NCBI GenBank assembly: GCA_026625185.1 | Contig: CP113000.1 | Location: 3,192,651-3,224,650, forward strand | DNA: 32,000 nt | Reading direction: 5' to 3' | Source: Thermodesulfobacteriota bacterium | Lineage (GTDB): Bacteria > Desulfobacterota > WTBG01 > JAGOGO01 | In this document: in pieces, positions 1 to 7,830 of the stretch | Position numbering within the stretch: position 1 is the first letter of the stretch | Layout of the letters: each line of letters starts with the position of its first letter | The notes under the pieces: generated by a model | The model's database searches: none | What the model saw: the letters and a program-made list of their open reading frames with translations, nothing else | Told to the model about the DNA's origin: nothing | Made by a program: the position numbers and the translations under genes

Positions 1-392
1 GCGTTTTTTTCCTCTAATTGACGCTTAATGCTCCGCTCCCGAAAAATCCGGTTAAGCTTGGCCACGATTTCATCAATGCCAAATGGTTTGACGATAAAAT
101 CGCTGGCTCCGGTTTTGATAACCTCAGAATAAGAGTATTTTGTTCCAAATCCGGTGATGCTGATGACATCTATCTCCGGAGAGTTCTCCTTGATCTTTTT
201 GATCAAAGTTAATCCATCAACCCCGGGCATCTCAATATCCGATATCACTACTGAAAATTTTTCTTCTTTTAACATAATTAAGGCTTGCAATCCGTCAGTA
301 GCGGTCTTGTTCTCATACCCTAAGGAATTCATCAGATCAACAAGGATTTGACAAATAGTTTTACTATCATCGACGATTAAAACTTTTTCCAT
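1..392 (-). CDS. Response regulator, CheY-like receiver domain; partial (3' end runs off the window edge)
   Basis: Not in the ORF track because there is no stop in the window. Manual minus-strand translation from the ATG at 392 gives MEKVLIVDDSKTICQILVDLMNSLGYENKTATDGLQALIMLKEEKFSVVISDIEMPGVDGLTLIKKIKENSPEIDVISITGFGTKYSYSEVIKTGASDFIVKPFGIDEIVAKLNRIF... The receiver signature is complete: DD pair, acceptor D (SDIEMPG), T (SITG) and K (VKPF). Confidence 0.8.
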   Translation of the reverse strand, partial: MEKVLIVDDSKTICQILVDLMNSLGYENKTATDGLQALIMLKEEKFSVVISDIEMPGVDGLTLIKKIKENSPEIDVISITGFGTKYSYSEVIKTGASDFIVKPFGIDEIVAKLNRIFRERSIKRQLEEKN

Positions 393-589
393 ATAATAGC
401 ATTTGGCAATTGTTAATAAATAAACGTTGATATATAGTATAAATTAAAAAAATTTGCAAATAAACCTTGATTTTTTTTATTTTTTATCCAAAATAAAAAT
501 AACCTATTGTTTATGCTTATCTTTTATAAAAAGGCACAATAAACCGCATTAATTTTCGAAAAAAGTAATCACCAAAATTTAGTTGCCCC

Positions 590-1132
590 TTGACAGGTAA
601 AGTGAAAATTTTACTCCACTTTTGTTGCGCAAATTGTGCGCTTTATCCTCTTCAAAAGCTTCACAAGGAAGGTCATGAAATTTTTGGTTTTTTCTATAAC
701 CCCAACATCCATCCCTATGAAGAGTATAAAAAAAGGTTAGAAGCGGTAAAAGAGATAGAGAAAAAGCTTACTATCAGAACGATTTATCAGAATCACTATG
801 ATTTAGAAGATTTTTTAAGGAGCATTGTGTTCCGAGAATCAGACCGATGTAAAATATGCTACCATACGAGGTTAGCTGCTACTGCCCGGATCGCCAAGAA
901 AGGAAAATTTGATGCCTTTACCTCAACCTTGCTCGGAAGCAAACACCAGAATCACGAGCTGATCAAAGAAATTGGCCTAGCAACAGGGAAACAACGCGGC
1001 ATCAATTTCTTTTATGCTGATTTTCGGGAAGGGTGGGCTGAGGGACGAGAGATGTCTCATAAGTTAGGACTTTATCGGCAGCAGTACTGCGGCTGTATTT
1101 ACAGTGAGAAAGAAAGATTTTTAAAAAAATAA
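590..1132 (+). CDS. queH: Epoxyqueuosine reductase QueH (DUF208 family)
   Basis: 180-aa ORF with an N-terminal LLHFCCANC and a C-terminal YCGCIYSE cysteine cluster; overall resemblance to QueH/DUF208. The start is TTG at 590 or in-frame GTG at 602. Confidence 0.8.
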   Translation: MTGKVKILLHFCCANCALYPLQKLHKEGHEIFGFFYNPNIHPYEEYKKRLEAVKEIEKKLTIRTIYQNHYDLEDFLRSIVFRESDRCKICYHTRLAATARIAKKGKFDAFTSTLLGSKHQNHELIKEIGLATGKQRGINFFYADFREGWAEGREMSHKLGLYRQQYCGCIYSEKERFLKK

Positions 1133-1135
1133 AAT

Positions 1136-1354
1136 ATGCTTATGACTGAAATCGGAAAATTACTTTTAATTTTGGGAATTATTTTATCTATTTTGGGGTT
1201 AATCTTTATTTTTGGTGCAAAAGTTCCTGGACTGGGCAGGCTTCCGGGAGATATTTTCATCAAAAAGGGGAATATTACTTTCTTCTTCCCTATTGTCACC
1301 TGTATCTTGATCAGCATTATCGTGACGCTGATCCTCTCTCTTTTCCGCCGGTAA
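1136..1354 (+). CDS. Small membrane protein, DUF2905 family
   Basis: 72 aa with two hydrophobic helices flanking GLGRLPGDIFIKKGNITFFFPI, the motif I associate with DUF2905. It starts 4 nt after the queH stop. Confidence 0.7.
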   Translation: MLMTEIGKLLLILGIILSILGLIFIFGAKVPGLGRLPGDIFIKKGNITFFFPIVTCILISIIVTLILSLFRR

Positions 1355-1358
1355 CCCT

Positions 1359-1877
1359 TTAGGAATCTGACCTTAATTTATAGGTCAAGCGAATAAAGGT
1401 ATCTAAGCCATCTCCTCCTAACACCAAAAACACGTCCATCCCGCTGATATTGCGCCAAATAGAAGCATAATTTCCTTTTTTGAGTTTAAAACCTTTTAGC
1501 CGACTTTTACTGTTGTTGAATTTATCTTCCATAAATTCCAGCGCCTCCGGAAGACCATATTTGGCCACCAATTGATCCTTAAGATCGCGGTATTTGGCAA
1601 TGTGTTCAAAGGCGGAAGCGTCATCTTTTTCTACTTCAAAATATTGATAAATTGCCACTAACCAGTCGTCTTTAAAGATTAGGTTAATTTCTGCGGCTTG
1701 CGGTACATCAACCGGTGGGCTGATAAAATCTAAACGATCCGATCTTTCAAAAAGCGGTCGTAAGCCCTTCTTTTGATATACAATTTTCACCTCTGTTTTA
1801 GTCATTCCAAAACTGAGGGTAAGAAGTTCCGGAAAGGTTTCTTTGGAATAATTTGAGGTTATAAGCTCAGGCATCAA
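1359..1877 (-). CDS. Hypothetical protein (172 aa), no family recognised
   Basis: Clean ORF with balanced composition, convergent with queH/DUF2905. No motif recognised. Confidence 0.45.
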   Translation of the reverse strand: MMPELITSNYSKETFPELLTLSFGMTKTEVKIVYQKKGLRPLFERSDRLDFISPPVDVPQAAEINLIFKDDWLVAIYQYFEVEKDDASAFEHIAKYRDLKDQLVAKYGLPEALEFMEDKFNNSKSRLKGFKLKKGNYASIWRNISGMDVFLVLGGDGLDTFIRLTYKLRSDS

Positions 1878-2047
1878 AAAGCACTCAATAAAAAATTAAA
1901 TTGATTTTTTATTATCCGCTGTTAAATTAACTCTTTAAATTTTAAAACATAGTTTTTTGACTTACCGAAAAAAAACACCTTTGTCAAGCGAAAATAGGAG
2001 GTTGTTCCTATCCTCTTTTCGTACGTGAAATTAGGAAGGGAGTAAGC

Positions 2048-2953
2048 ATGCTGGGATTGTCAACCGCCTGGATGTCAGATAGCCTGCAAAATGATGATGA
2101 TCTGTTCAGAGCTTTAACTGACGTGGGACTTGATTTCTTAGAGCTGGAATACCGCATCCCGGAGAGTCTTTTTTTGATGATGAAGCCAAAGCTTAAAAAC
2201 AAAGCAATCAGTATTCATAACTTTTTCCCTTTCCCTCAAGAATATTCCCATTGCAAGCCAAGCGGCGATCTCTTTCTCCTCTCCAGTCTCGACCATGAAG
2301 AGCGTGAAAAAGCAATCACGTTTACGATCAAAACCATCCAAACCGCCCATGACCTCGAATGTTCAGCAGTGGTGCTCCACCTGGGAAGGGTAGAGATGGA
2401 GTCCGGTTATAAACAGTTTTGCCGTTATTTTGATACCCTTCAAATCAATTCGCCGGAGATGGATTTATTCCTTTCCCGAAAACGAAAGGAAAGGACCTCA
2501 AAAAGACAACGATTTTTAGATGCCGTACTCTTTAGCCTGGAAAAACTAAACCAGGAGGCAGAAAAACAGGGAGTTTTTTTGGGCGTGGAGAACCGTTACT
2601 ATTTCCATGAGATCCCTGACTTCGAAGAATTTGGGATCATTTTTAAAAAATTCGCAGGCGGAAAAATTTTTTTCTGGCATGATGTGGGCCATGGCTATGT
2701 CCAAGAAAAATTAGGAATCCAAAGTCACCATGATCTGCTCGCAAGGTACGCACCAAACCTGTTGGGGGTACATCTTCACGATGCCCGTGGCTATTCCGAC
2801 CACCAAGCCCCGGGAAAAGGTGAAATAGATTTCACCTTAATTAAACAGTATGTTAAAGATGTTGCCCTTAAGGTTTTGGAGCTGCACCCTCGGGTAACCC
2901 CTGAAGAGGTAAAGGAGGGGATTGGGCTGCTGCGGCGCCAAGGCTATTATTAA
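2048..2953 (+). CDS. Sugar phosphate isomerase/epimerase, xylose-isomerase-like TIM barrel
   Basis: 301 aa with the pattern VVLHLG ... GVENRYY ... WHDVGH ... VHLHD, typical of the AP-endonuclease-2/xylose-isomerase-like TIM barrel family. GGAAGGGAG RBS lies before the ATG at 2048. Confidence 0.7.
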   Translation: MLGLSTAWMSDSLQNDDDLFRALTDVGLDFLELEYRIPESLFLMMKPKLKNKAISIHNFFPFPQEYSHCKPSGDLFLLSSLDHEEREKAITFTIKTIQTAHDLECSAVVLHLGRVEMESGYKQFCRYFDTLQINSPEMDLFLSRKRKERTSKRQRFLDAVLFSLEKLNQEAEKQGVFLGVENRYYFHEIPDFEEFGIIFKKFAGGKIFFWHDVGHGYVQEKLGIQSHHDLLARYAPNLLGVHLHDARGYSDHQAPGKGEIDFTLIKQYVKDVALKVLELHPRVTPEEVKEGIGLLRRQGYY

Positions 2954-3608
2954 GACTTTTTAGAGAATCTTCTTTGCCCTTTTCCGGTGATATAATCATT
3001 GGCTCAAAATTACCGGCTTCTTTTAATTTCTGGCTCAATTCTTCCGCCTCCTCCCGTGAATTACAATTCCCGATCCGCACCCGGTGCCACGTCTTTCCAT
3101 TCGGCAAACAAACAGTAGCCAGTGATGGAGAATACCCTTTCTTTTTTAATGATTCAACAATACCCTCAGCATACTCTAAACTCTGAAAGGAACCAACTTG
3201 GACCGTATACCCGGGACTAGCGCCGGCGGCTTTTCCTTCCGGCAAGGCCACTGTCATTGATGGGGGAACGGGCTTAGGTTCAGAGGAAGCAGAGGAAAAG
3301 TTTGAATCCGTTGTTTCTTTTTTAACCAGAGTATCATAAAAAGTGAGCGAGGTATCCGAGGTGTCCGGTTTGGCTTCAGCCGGTGGTGCACTGGGAACAG
3401 GAGACCGTTCACTTTTCGGTTGCGAATTGAGGTGAGAAGAAGAAACTGTTTCTTTTGGTACCTTCGAGTGCGTGTACAAATACCAGTGGTTTACAAGTAG
3501 CGCGATAAAAACCAAAAGAAAAATCACTACGCCGGCAATAAAAACACGTTTTATTACCTGAGAAAAAGAAAGACTTGAGGGAATTCTTCTGGCTCTTCGA
3601 CTTCGCAT
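2868..3608 (-). CDS. SPOR-domain membrane protein (peptidoglycan-binding, FtsN-like architecture)
   Basis: Basic N-terminus, one TM helix (VFIAGVVIFLLVFIALLV), a Pro/Ser-rich linker, then a SPOR-type domain (GYTVQVGSFQSLEYAEGIVESLKKKGY...WHRVRIGNCNSREEAEELSQKLK). I prefer the ATG at 3608, 4 nt after the argS stop; the track start at 3638 would overlap argS. Confidence 0.75.
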   Translation of the reverse strand: MRSRRARRIPSSLSFSQVIKRVFIAGVVIFLLVFIALLVNHWYLYTHSKVPKETVSSSHLNSQPKSERSPVPSAPPAEAKPDTSDTSLTFYDTLVKKETTDSNFSSASSEPKPVPPSMTVALPEGKAAGASPGYTVQVGSFQSLEYAEGIVESLKKKGYSPSLATVCLPNGKTWHRVRIGNCNSREEAEELSQKLKEAGNFEPMIISPEKGKEDSLKSLNNSLGAAAAQSPPLPLQGLPEGAAPKP

Positions 3609-3612
3609 CCTC

Positions 3613-5307
3613 TTACATCCTTTCCGGTGCGGAAACACCTAATAACGTGAGGGCGTTTTTTATCGTCAACCGTAACCCTTCCACCAAACATAACCGGGCC
3701 CGAGAGAGGTCTTCGTTCTCGGTTAAAACTCTTTTTTCATCAACCAGCTTCCCGGAATGATAATATCGATGAAACGTGCTTACCACATCTTGAAGAAAAA
3801 TCGTAATCCGGTGAGGCTCAAGGGAAACCGCGCTCCCTTCCACAACATCCGGAAAATGAGATATCTTTTTTATCAGGGAGATCTCCTCCGGCATGGTCAG
3901 CAAACCGGGGTCCGCGTGGTTGAGCCGGTTAATATCAAACCCCCGCTCCTGGGCTATTCTGAGAATGCTGCAGAGCCGCGCGTGCGCGTACTGAATGTAA
4001 TAGACCGGGTTTTCATCGCTCTGTTTTTTGGCGAGCTCCAGGTCAAACTCCAGCGGCGCGTCCGGCCTGCGGGTCAGAAGAATGTAGCGCGTTGCGTCGC
4101 TTCCGACTTCATCGAGCACTTCCCGCAACGTGACAAACTCCGCCTGCCGGGTGGACATGGAAACCAGTTTTCCTTCCCGCAAAAGCGAGACCAATTGAAC
4201 CAAAAGAACCCGAAGCCTCTCCGGCTCATAGCCCAAAGCCTTAACCATCGCTTTCACCCTCGGCACATAGCCGTGGTGGTCTGCCCCCCAGATGTTGATC
4301 ACCTGGTCAAAATTCCGGGAAAACTTGTTTTTATGATACGCAATATCCGATGCAAAATATGTTTTCTGTCCATTTGACCGCACCACTACCCGATCCTTTT
4401 CATCATCAAATTTCGTGGCCGCGAACCACAAAGCCCCGTCCTGTTCGTAAAGAAAATTTTTTTTCTTTAGCTCCGCGATCGTCTTTTCCACCTCACCGGC
4501 TTCGATCAACTTCTTTTCACTGAACCAGGTGTCGAAATTCACTGAAAAATCATCGAGGTCGTGTTTTATACCCGCTAAGATCATTTCTTGCGCCAACTGA
4601 GAAAAAACCGGAATCACCTCATGTTCATCGCAATCAAGATACTTATCATTCCACCGGGAAATCGCCTCCCGCGCGACATCATAAATATAGTCCCCCCGAT
4701 AATGGTTGTCAGGAAACTCAACCGGAAGCTGGAGAAGTTCCTTATACCGATAGAGAACTGACCGCCCCAAGGTCATCATTTGATTTCCTACATCATTAAG
4801 ATAATACTCTTTGGTCACCCGAAAGCCGGCAAAGGAAAGGATTGATGCCAGAGAATCTCCTAAAGCCGCCCCCCGGCCATGACCAATGTGAAGCGGACCA
4901 GTGGGATTAGCGCTCACAAACTCAATCTGAACATTTGCTCCTTTGCCCAAATCAATCTTTCCAAAGTCTGCCCCCTGGTTGTGGACCCTTTTAAGCTGGT
5001 CAAACCAGAAACTTTCTTTCAGCAAAAAGTTGATAAACCCCGGCCCCGCAATAGTCACCTCTTTTATAAAAGAGGAATCATCCATGGAATCGAGAATTAA
5101 TTTTGCCACCTCCCGGGGAGGCCGTTTGAGTTTTGAAGCCATTATTAAAGCGATATTGCTCGCGTAGTCTCCATGTTCCTCATTTTTGGGGATTTCAAAG
5201 GCAAGGGGCGGAAGTGGACCGACGAAAGGCACTGACAATTTTGTTGCCGCCTTTTTTAACGCCGGAAATAAAATGTCATTTAAAATTTCTTTTGCTCTCA
5301 TGCACAT
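3613..5307 (-). CDS. argS: Arginine--tRNA ligase
   Basis: 564 aa, full-length class I ligase with ANPTGPLHIGHGRGAA (HIGH) and VSMSTRQ (KMSKS-type) motifs and a typical ArgRS C-terminal anticodon-binding region. The start is ATG at 5307 or 5301. Confidence 0.95.
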   Translation of the reverse strand: MCMRAKEILNDILFPALKKAATKLSVPFVGPLPPLAFEIPKNEEHGDYASNIALIMASKLKRPPREVAKLILDSMDDSSFIKEVTIAGPGFINFLLKESFWFDQLKRVHNQGADFGKIDLGKGANVQIEFVSANPTGPLHIGHGRGAALGDSLASILSFAGFRVTKEYYLNDVGNQMMTLGRSVLYRYKELLQLPVEFPDNHYRGDYIYDVAREAISRWNDKYLDCDEHEVIPVFSQLAQEMILAGIKHDLDDFSVNFDTWFSEKKLIEAGEVEKTIAELKKKNFLYEQDGALWFAATKFDDEKDRVVVRSNGQKTYFASDIAYHKNKFSRNFDQVINIWGADHHGYVPRVKAMVKALGYEPERLRVLLVQLVSLLREGKLVSMSTRQAEFVTLREVLDEVGSDATRYILLTRRPDAPLEFDLELAKKQSDENPVYYIQYAHARLCSILRIAQERGFDINRLNHADPGLLTMPEEISLIKKISHFPDVVEGSAVSLEPHRITIFLQDVVSTFHRYYHSGKLVDEKRVLTENEDLSRARLCLVEGLRLTIKNALTLLGVSAPERM

Positions 5308-5550
5308 TTTCCTTTGTTACCGTTTCATAACCGCTCCGGAACTAACTGACATAGTATTAATATCTGAATTCGATTTTATCAATGATAGTAATACGTGATT
5401 AATTAATTTTATAACTTTAGTCAAGAAGTCTCAACCTAATTTATCGACAAAAACTTTTAAAATCTGGCAGCTTTTATGTCAAGAAAAAAAATCCTTCATT
5501 TCCCGGAAAATCCTTTCAACAAAATGCGGGGTTTTTTATTTATCTGAATG

Positions 5551-5648
5551 TTTTATTTTTATTGACTTTTTTCCTCAACCGGTTTAAGAATAAAAAGAAT
5601 TATTTGACCAAAAAAAGGAATTTTTTTGGGATGATTGCGAGGAAAAAA
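5551..5648 (+). repeat. AT-rich ~95-bp direct repeat, copy A (partner at 7724-7818)
   Basis: Colinear shared blocks at a constant ~2171-nt offset: TGACTTTTTTCC (5563/7735), AAGAATTATTT (5595/7766), AAAAAGGAAT (5612/7783), ATTGC, GAGGAAAAA (5639/7810). Contains a TTGACT -35-like hexamer at 5562. Confidence 0.6.
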
Positions 5649-5804
5649 TATTTAATAACGAGCGAGCATACAAAAAGGCCGCATTGCCGGATAACACGGG
5701 CGATGGGTCTTTTTTGTTTTGGTGATCAGTCCAGTCGATTCGAAAACTTAATCCAAGAATAATTTTGTCGCAATCGAGTGAATATATTTTAAAATCCCCT
5801 CGGA

Positions 5805-5859
5805 CTCCCTTTTAAAAAAGGGGAGAATTTTTTCTTCATCCCCCTTTTCTAAAGGGGAT
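5805..5859. repeat. Two tandem REP-like hairpins
   Basis: CTCCCTTT-AAAAAA-GGGGAG (5805-5825, one bulged G, followed by AATTTTTT) and ATCCCCCTTT-TCT-AAAGGGGAT (5838-5859, one bulged C). The 75-aa minus-strand ORF here just reads through them. Confidence 0.5.
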
Positions 5860-5957
5860 TGAGGAGAATTGTATTGGTGCTTTATATGGATTGGATAACG
5901 CACATGGAGTCTTATACGGATCAATATAATCATTGTTAGGGGTACAAGGGGTACATT

Positions 5958-6773
5958 ATGGCATTCGCAGCTCACCCAGAATTTACTCCGCCATCTGATG
6001 AAAACGCAATTATTTGGCGTTACATGGATTTGTCAAAATTTTTATCTGTGTTAGATAAATCTGCTCTCTTTTTTATCCGTTTAGATCGATTATCAGAAAT
6101 GGATCCGTTTGAGGGTTATTACACGAATGCAAATTTATTAACTGATCGCTTACGGTTTGAGGATTTACCCGAGGAATGGAAAACTAAAGGCGGGATTAAA
6201 GATGCTGAAACTTGGGAGATACTTCGGAGTTCACAACAACAAATGCGGCAGTTTGTGAAGATTAATCGCGCAGTCACCTTTGTTAACTCTTGGTATTGCC
6301 AACAACACGAATCAGCTGCCATGTGGAGCCAATATTTGCGATCGGGAGAAGGCATTGCAATCCAGTCATCATATCGCCGTTTAGTTGAATCCTTGCAAAA
6401 CTATACCGAATACAATGTTCAGATTGGATTGGTTAAGTACCTCAATTATGAACGACAGGCTATTCCAAGCGGGAATTTACTATCGCCATTTATATATAAA
6501 CGCAAGAGCTTTGAACATGAGCGAGAAATAAGAGCTCTAATTTGGACCCCAGAACACGGTAAGAATGATCTATCGGATCCATCGAAGAATAAATACCGTG
6601 ATGAACTGGGTATCTATGTTCCTATTGATCTTAATATTCTTGTAGAACGCGTTTACCTCTCACCAACATCACAACCCTGGTATCTTGAGTTGCTTTCATC
6701 CCTAATGAAAAAATATAATTTGGATGGTAAAGAAATAATCCTTTCAGATTTGGCAAAAACACCAATATACTAG
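5958..6773 (+). CDS. DUF2971-like protein (271 aa), cassette-type cargo
   Basis: The N-terminal segment IWRYMDLSKFLSVLDKSALFFIRLDRLSEMDPFEG matches the hallmark opening of DUF2971 proteins as I remember the family. AAGGGG lies 7 nt before the ATG. Low G+C (22/60 at 6061-6120). Confidence 0.6.
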   Translation: MAFAAHPEFTPPSDENAIIWRYMDLSKFLSVLDKSALFFIRLDRLSEMDPFEGYYTNANLLTDRLRFEDLPEEWKTKGGIKDAETWEILRSSQQQMRQFVKINRAVTFVNSWYCQQHESAAMWSQYLRSGEGIAIQSSYRRLVESLQNYTEYNVQIGLVKYLNYERQAIPSGNLLSPFIYKRKSFEHEREIRALIWTPEHGKNDLSDPSKNKYRDELGIYVPIDLNILVERVYLSPTSQPWYLELLSSLMKKYNLDGKEIILSDLAKTPIY

Positions 6774-6779
6774 GTTTAC

Positions 6780-6840
6780 ATCTAACCAACGGGTCCACAG
6801 CGACGCGCCCGAAGGCGGCGCGTGACCCGCGTCGTTAGGC
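6780..6840 (+). mobile_element. attC-like recombination site (61 bp)
   Basis: Starts 7 nt after the stop of 5958-6773. The ends ATCTAAC (6780-6786) and GTTAGGC (6834-6840) fit RYYYAAC / GTTRRRY exactly. The arms pair (CTAAC/GTTAG, CGGGTC/GACCCG, AC/GT, GCG/CGC, CGCC/GGCG) around a CGAA loop, with unpaired bases on the left arm only. Confidence 0.6.
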
Positions 6841-7207
6841 GCAGGGCTGTGCATCGACCATGAAATCGACGGCAATCGCAAGTGCAAACAGCAATCGGGA
6901 TCGCACTGGTTTGACAGACATACTCCGCATTGTTTGCCTTTGCGATCTTAGCAACCTGTTATGAACAGTGGAGGATCTATGGTGCGTCCATCCCTTTCCG
7001 ACTTCCTCACGAATATGAACCAGCCGATGCCATGGCCTGAGAAACTCGCCAAGCTCTCACGCAACCTTTGGCGACGTGTTTCCTGAGGCAGAACTGCTGC
7101 GGGCATGATGGGGAACCTGGTTGCTGAAAGGTGGCCCCTGCGTCCCGTGCGGACAAAGCATCTCACGGCCATTCTCACTGAATTTGGGTTACACCACTAG
7201 GTAAAAT

Positions 7208-7633
7208 ATGATTCGCGTCACCGACACCATCAATCTTGACGAAAAAGAAATCTCGGAAGAATTTGTTCGTTCCTCCGGGCCGGGAGGACAGAACGTAAAC
7301 AAGGTTTCCACGGCAGTGCAACTGCGTTTCAGCGTGGCCGGTTCTGATTCTCTTCCCGAGGAGGTGCGGGTACGGCTTATGAAACTGGCAGGCAAGCGGG
7401 TAACCTCTGAAGGCATACTGGTTATCGACGCGCAGCGCTTTCGCACTCAGTTACGGAACCGCCAGGACGCGATTCAGCGGTTGGTTGATTTGATTAGAAA
7501 AGCGGCAGAAAAGCCGCGGGTTCGTCGTAAGACAAAACCGCCTGTCGGGGCCAAGGAGCGCCGTCTTGAAACCAAACGGATGCACAGCCGGATCAAGCAA
7601 CAGCGGCGCCATGTTTTTTCATCAGACACATAG
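7208..7633 (+). CDS. arfB: Peptidyl-tRNA hydrolase ArfB (alternative ribosome-rescue factor B)
   Basis: 141 aa with GPGGQNVNKVSTAVQLRF (GGQ motif of the class-I release-factor hydrolase domain), followed by a Lys/Arg-rich C-terminal tail. Size and layout are typical of ArfB/YaeJ. Confidence 0.85.
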   Translation: MIRVTDTINLDEKEISEEFVRSSGPGGQNVNKVSTAVQLRFSVAGSDSLPEEVRVRLMKLAGKRVTSEGILVIDAQRFRTQLRNRQDAIQRLVDLIRKAAEKPRVRRKTKPPVGAKERRLETKRMHSRIKQQRRHVFSSDT

Positions 7634-7723
7634 AACTTTGAGGCTCGCTCCTCGCTATTAGCTCTTAGTTAATTGGTCCTGTTTCGTGTTTTTTTAACCC
7701 TTCCCTCTTTAAACTTAAAACTT

Positions 7724-7818
7724 TTTTATATTTAATGACTTTTTTCCCCAAACCAATTAAAAATAAAGAATTATTTTTCTATAAAAAGGAATGTTTTTGA
7801 AATTGCTGAGAGGAAAAA
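7724..7818 (+). repeat. AT-rich ~95-bp direct repeat, copy B (partner at 5551-5648)
   Basis: Same shared blocks as copy A. Ends at the GAGGAG RBS/ATG of the 7831 ORF. Confidence 0.6.
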
Positions 7819-7830
7819 TGAGGAGACGAA

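Noticed and set aside
466-520. Possible third, weak copy of the AT-rich island repeat (TTGATTTTTTTT...AAAATAAAAATAACCTATTG)
   Set aside because: The similarity is about what the extreme AT-richness could produce by chance, and the blocks are not colinear enough.
2868-2953. 86-nt convergent overlap of the 3' ends of the TIM-barrel gene and the SPOR gene
   Set aside because: Both stops are fixed by the sequence. The overlapping SPOR tail is low-complexity read-out after the domain ends, so this is probably incidental and not a regulatory feature.
3757-4377. 206-aa plus-strand ORF and smaller ones at 4879-5398
   Set aside because: They are antisense to argS and have no recognisable motifs.
5893-5941. 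Possible short attC (GGATAAC...GTTAGGG) upstream of the first cassette ORF, and a similar 45-bp candidate at 7630-7674 (ATAGAAC...GTTAATT) after arfB
   Set aside because: Both are shorter than typical attC sites, with AT-rich, poorly paired stems and imperfect cores. I mention them as possible degenerate boundaries but do not call them as features.
5562-5975. ORFs 5562-5762 (+) and 5748-5975 (-) in the AT-rich region before the island
   Set aside because: The first is a Lys/Asn/Phe-rich reading of the AT-rich repeat. The second reads through the tandem hairpins. Neither has an RBS or coding-like composition.
6948-7446. Minus-strand ORFs 6948-7178 and 7189-7446
   Set aside because: They are Arg-rich antisense readings of the GC-rich arfB block, and the second overlaps arfB itself.
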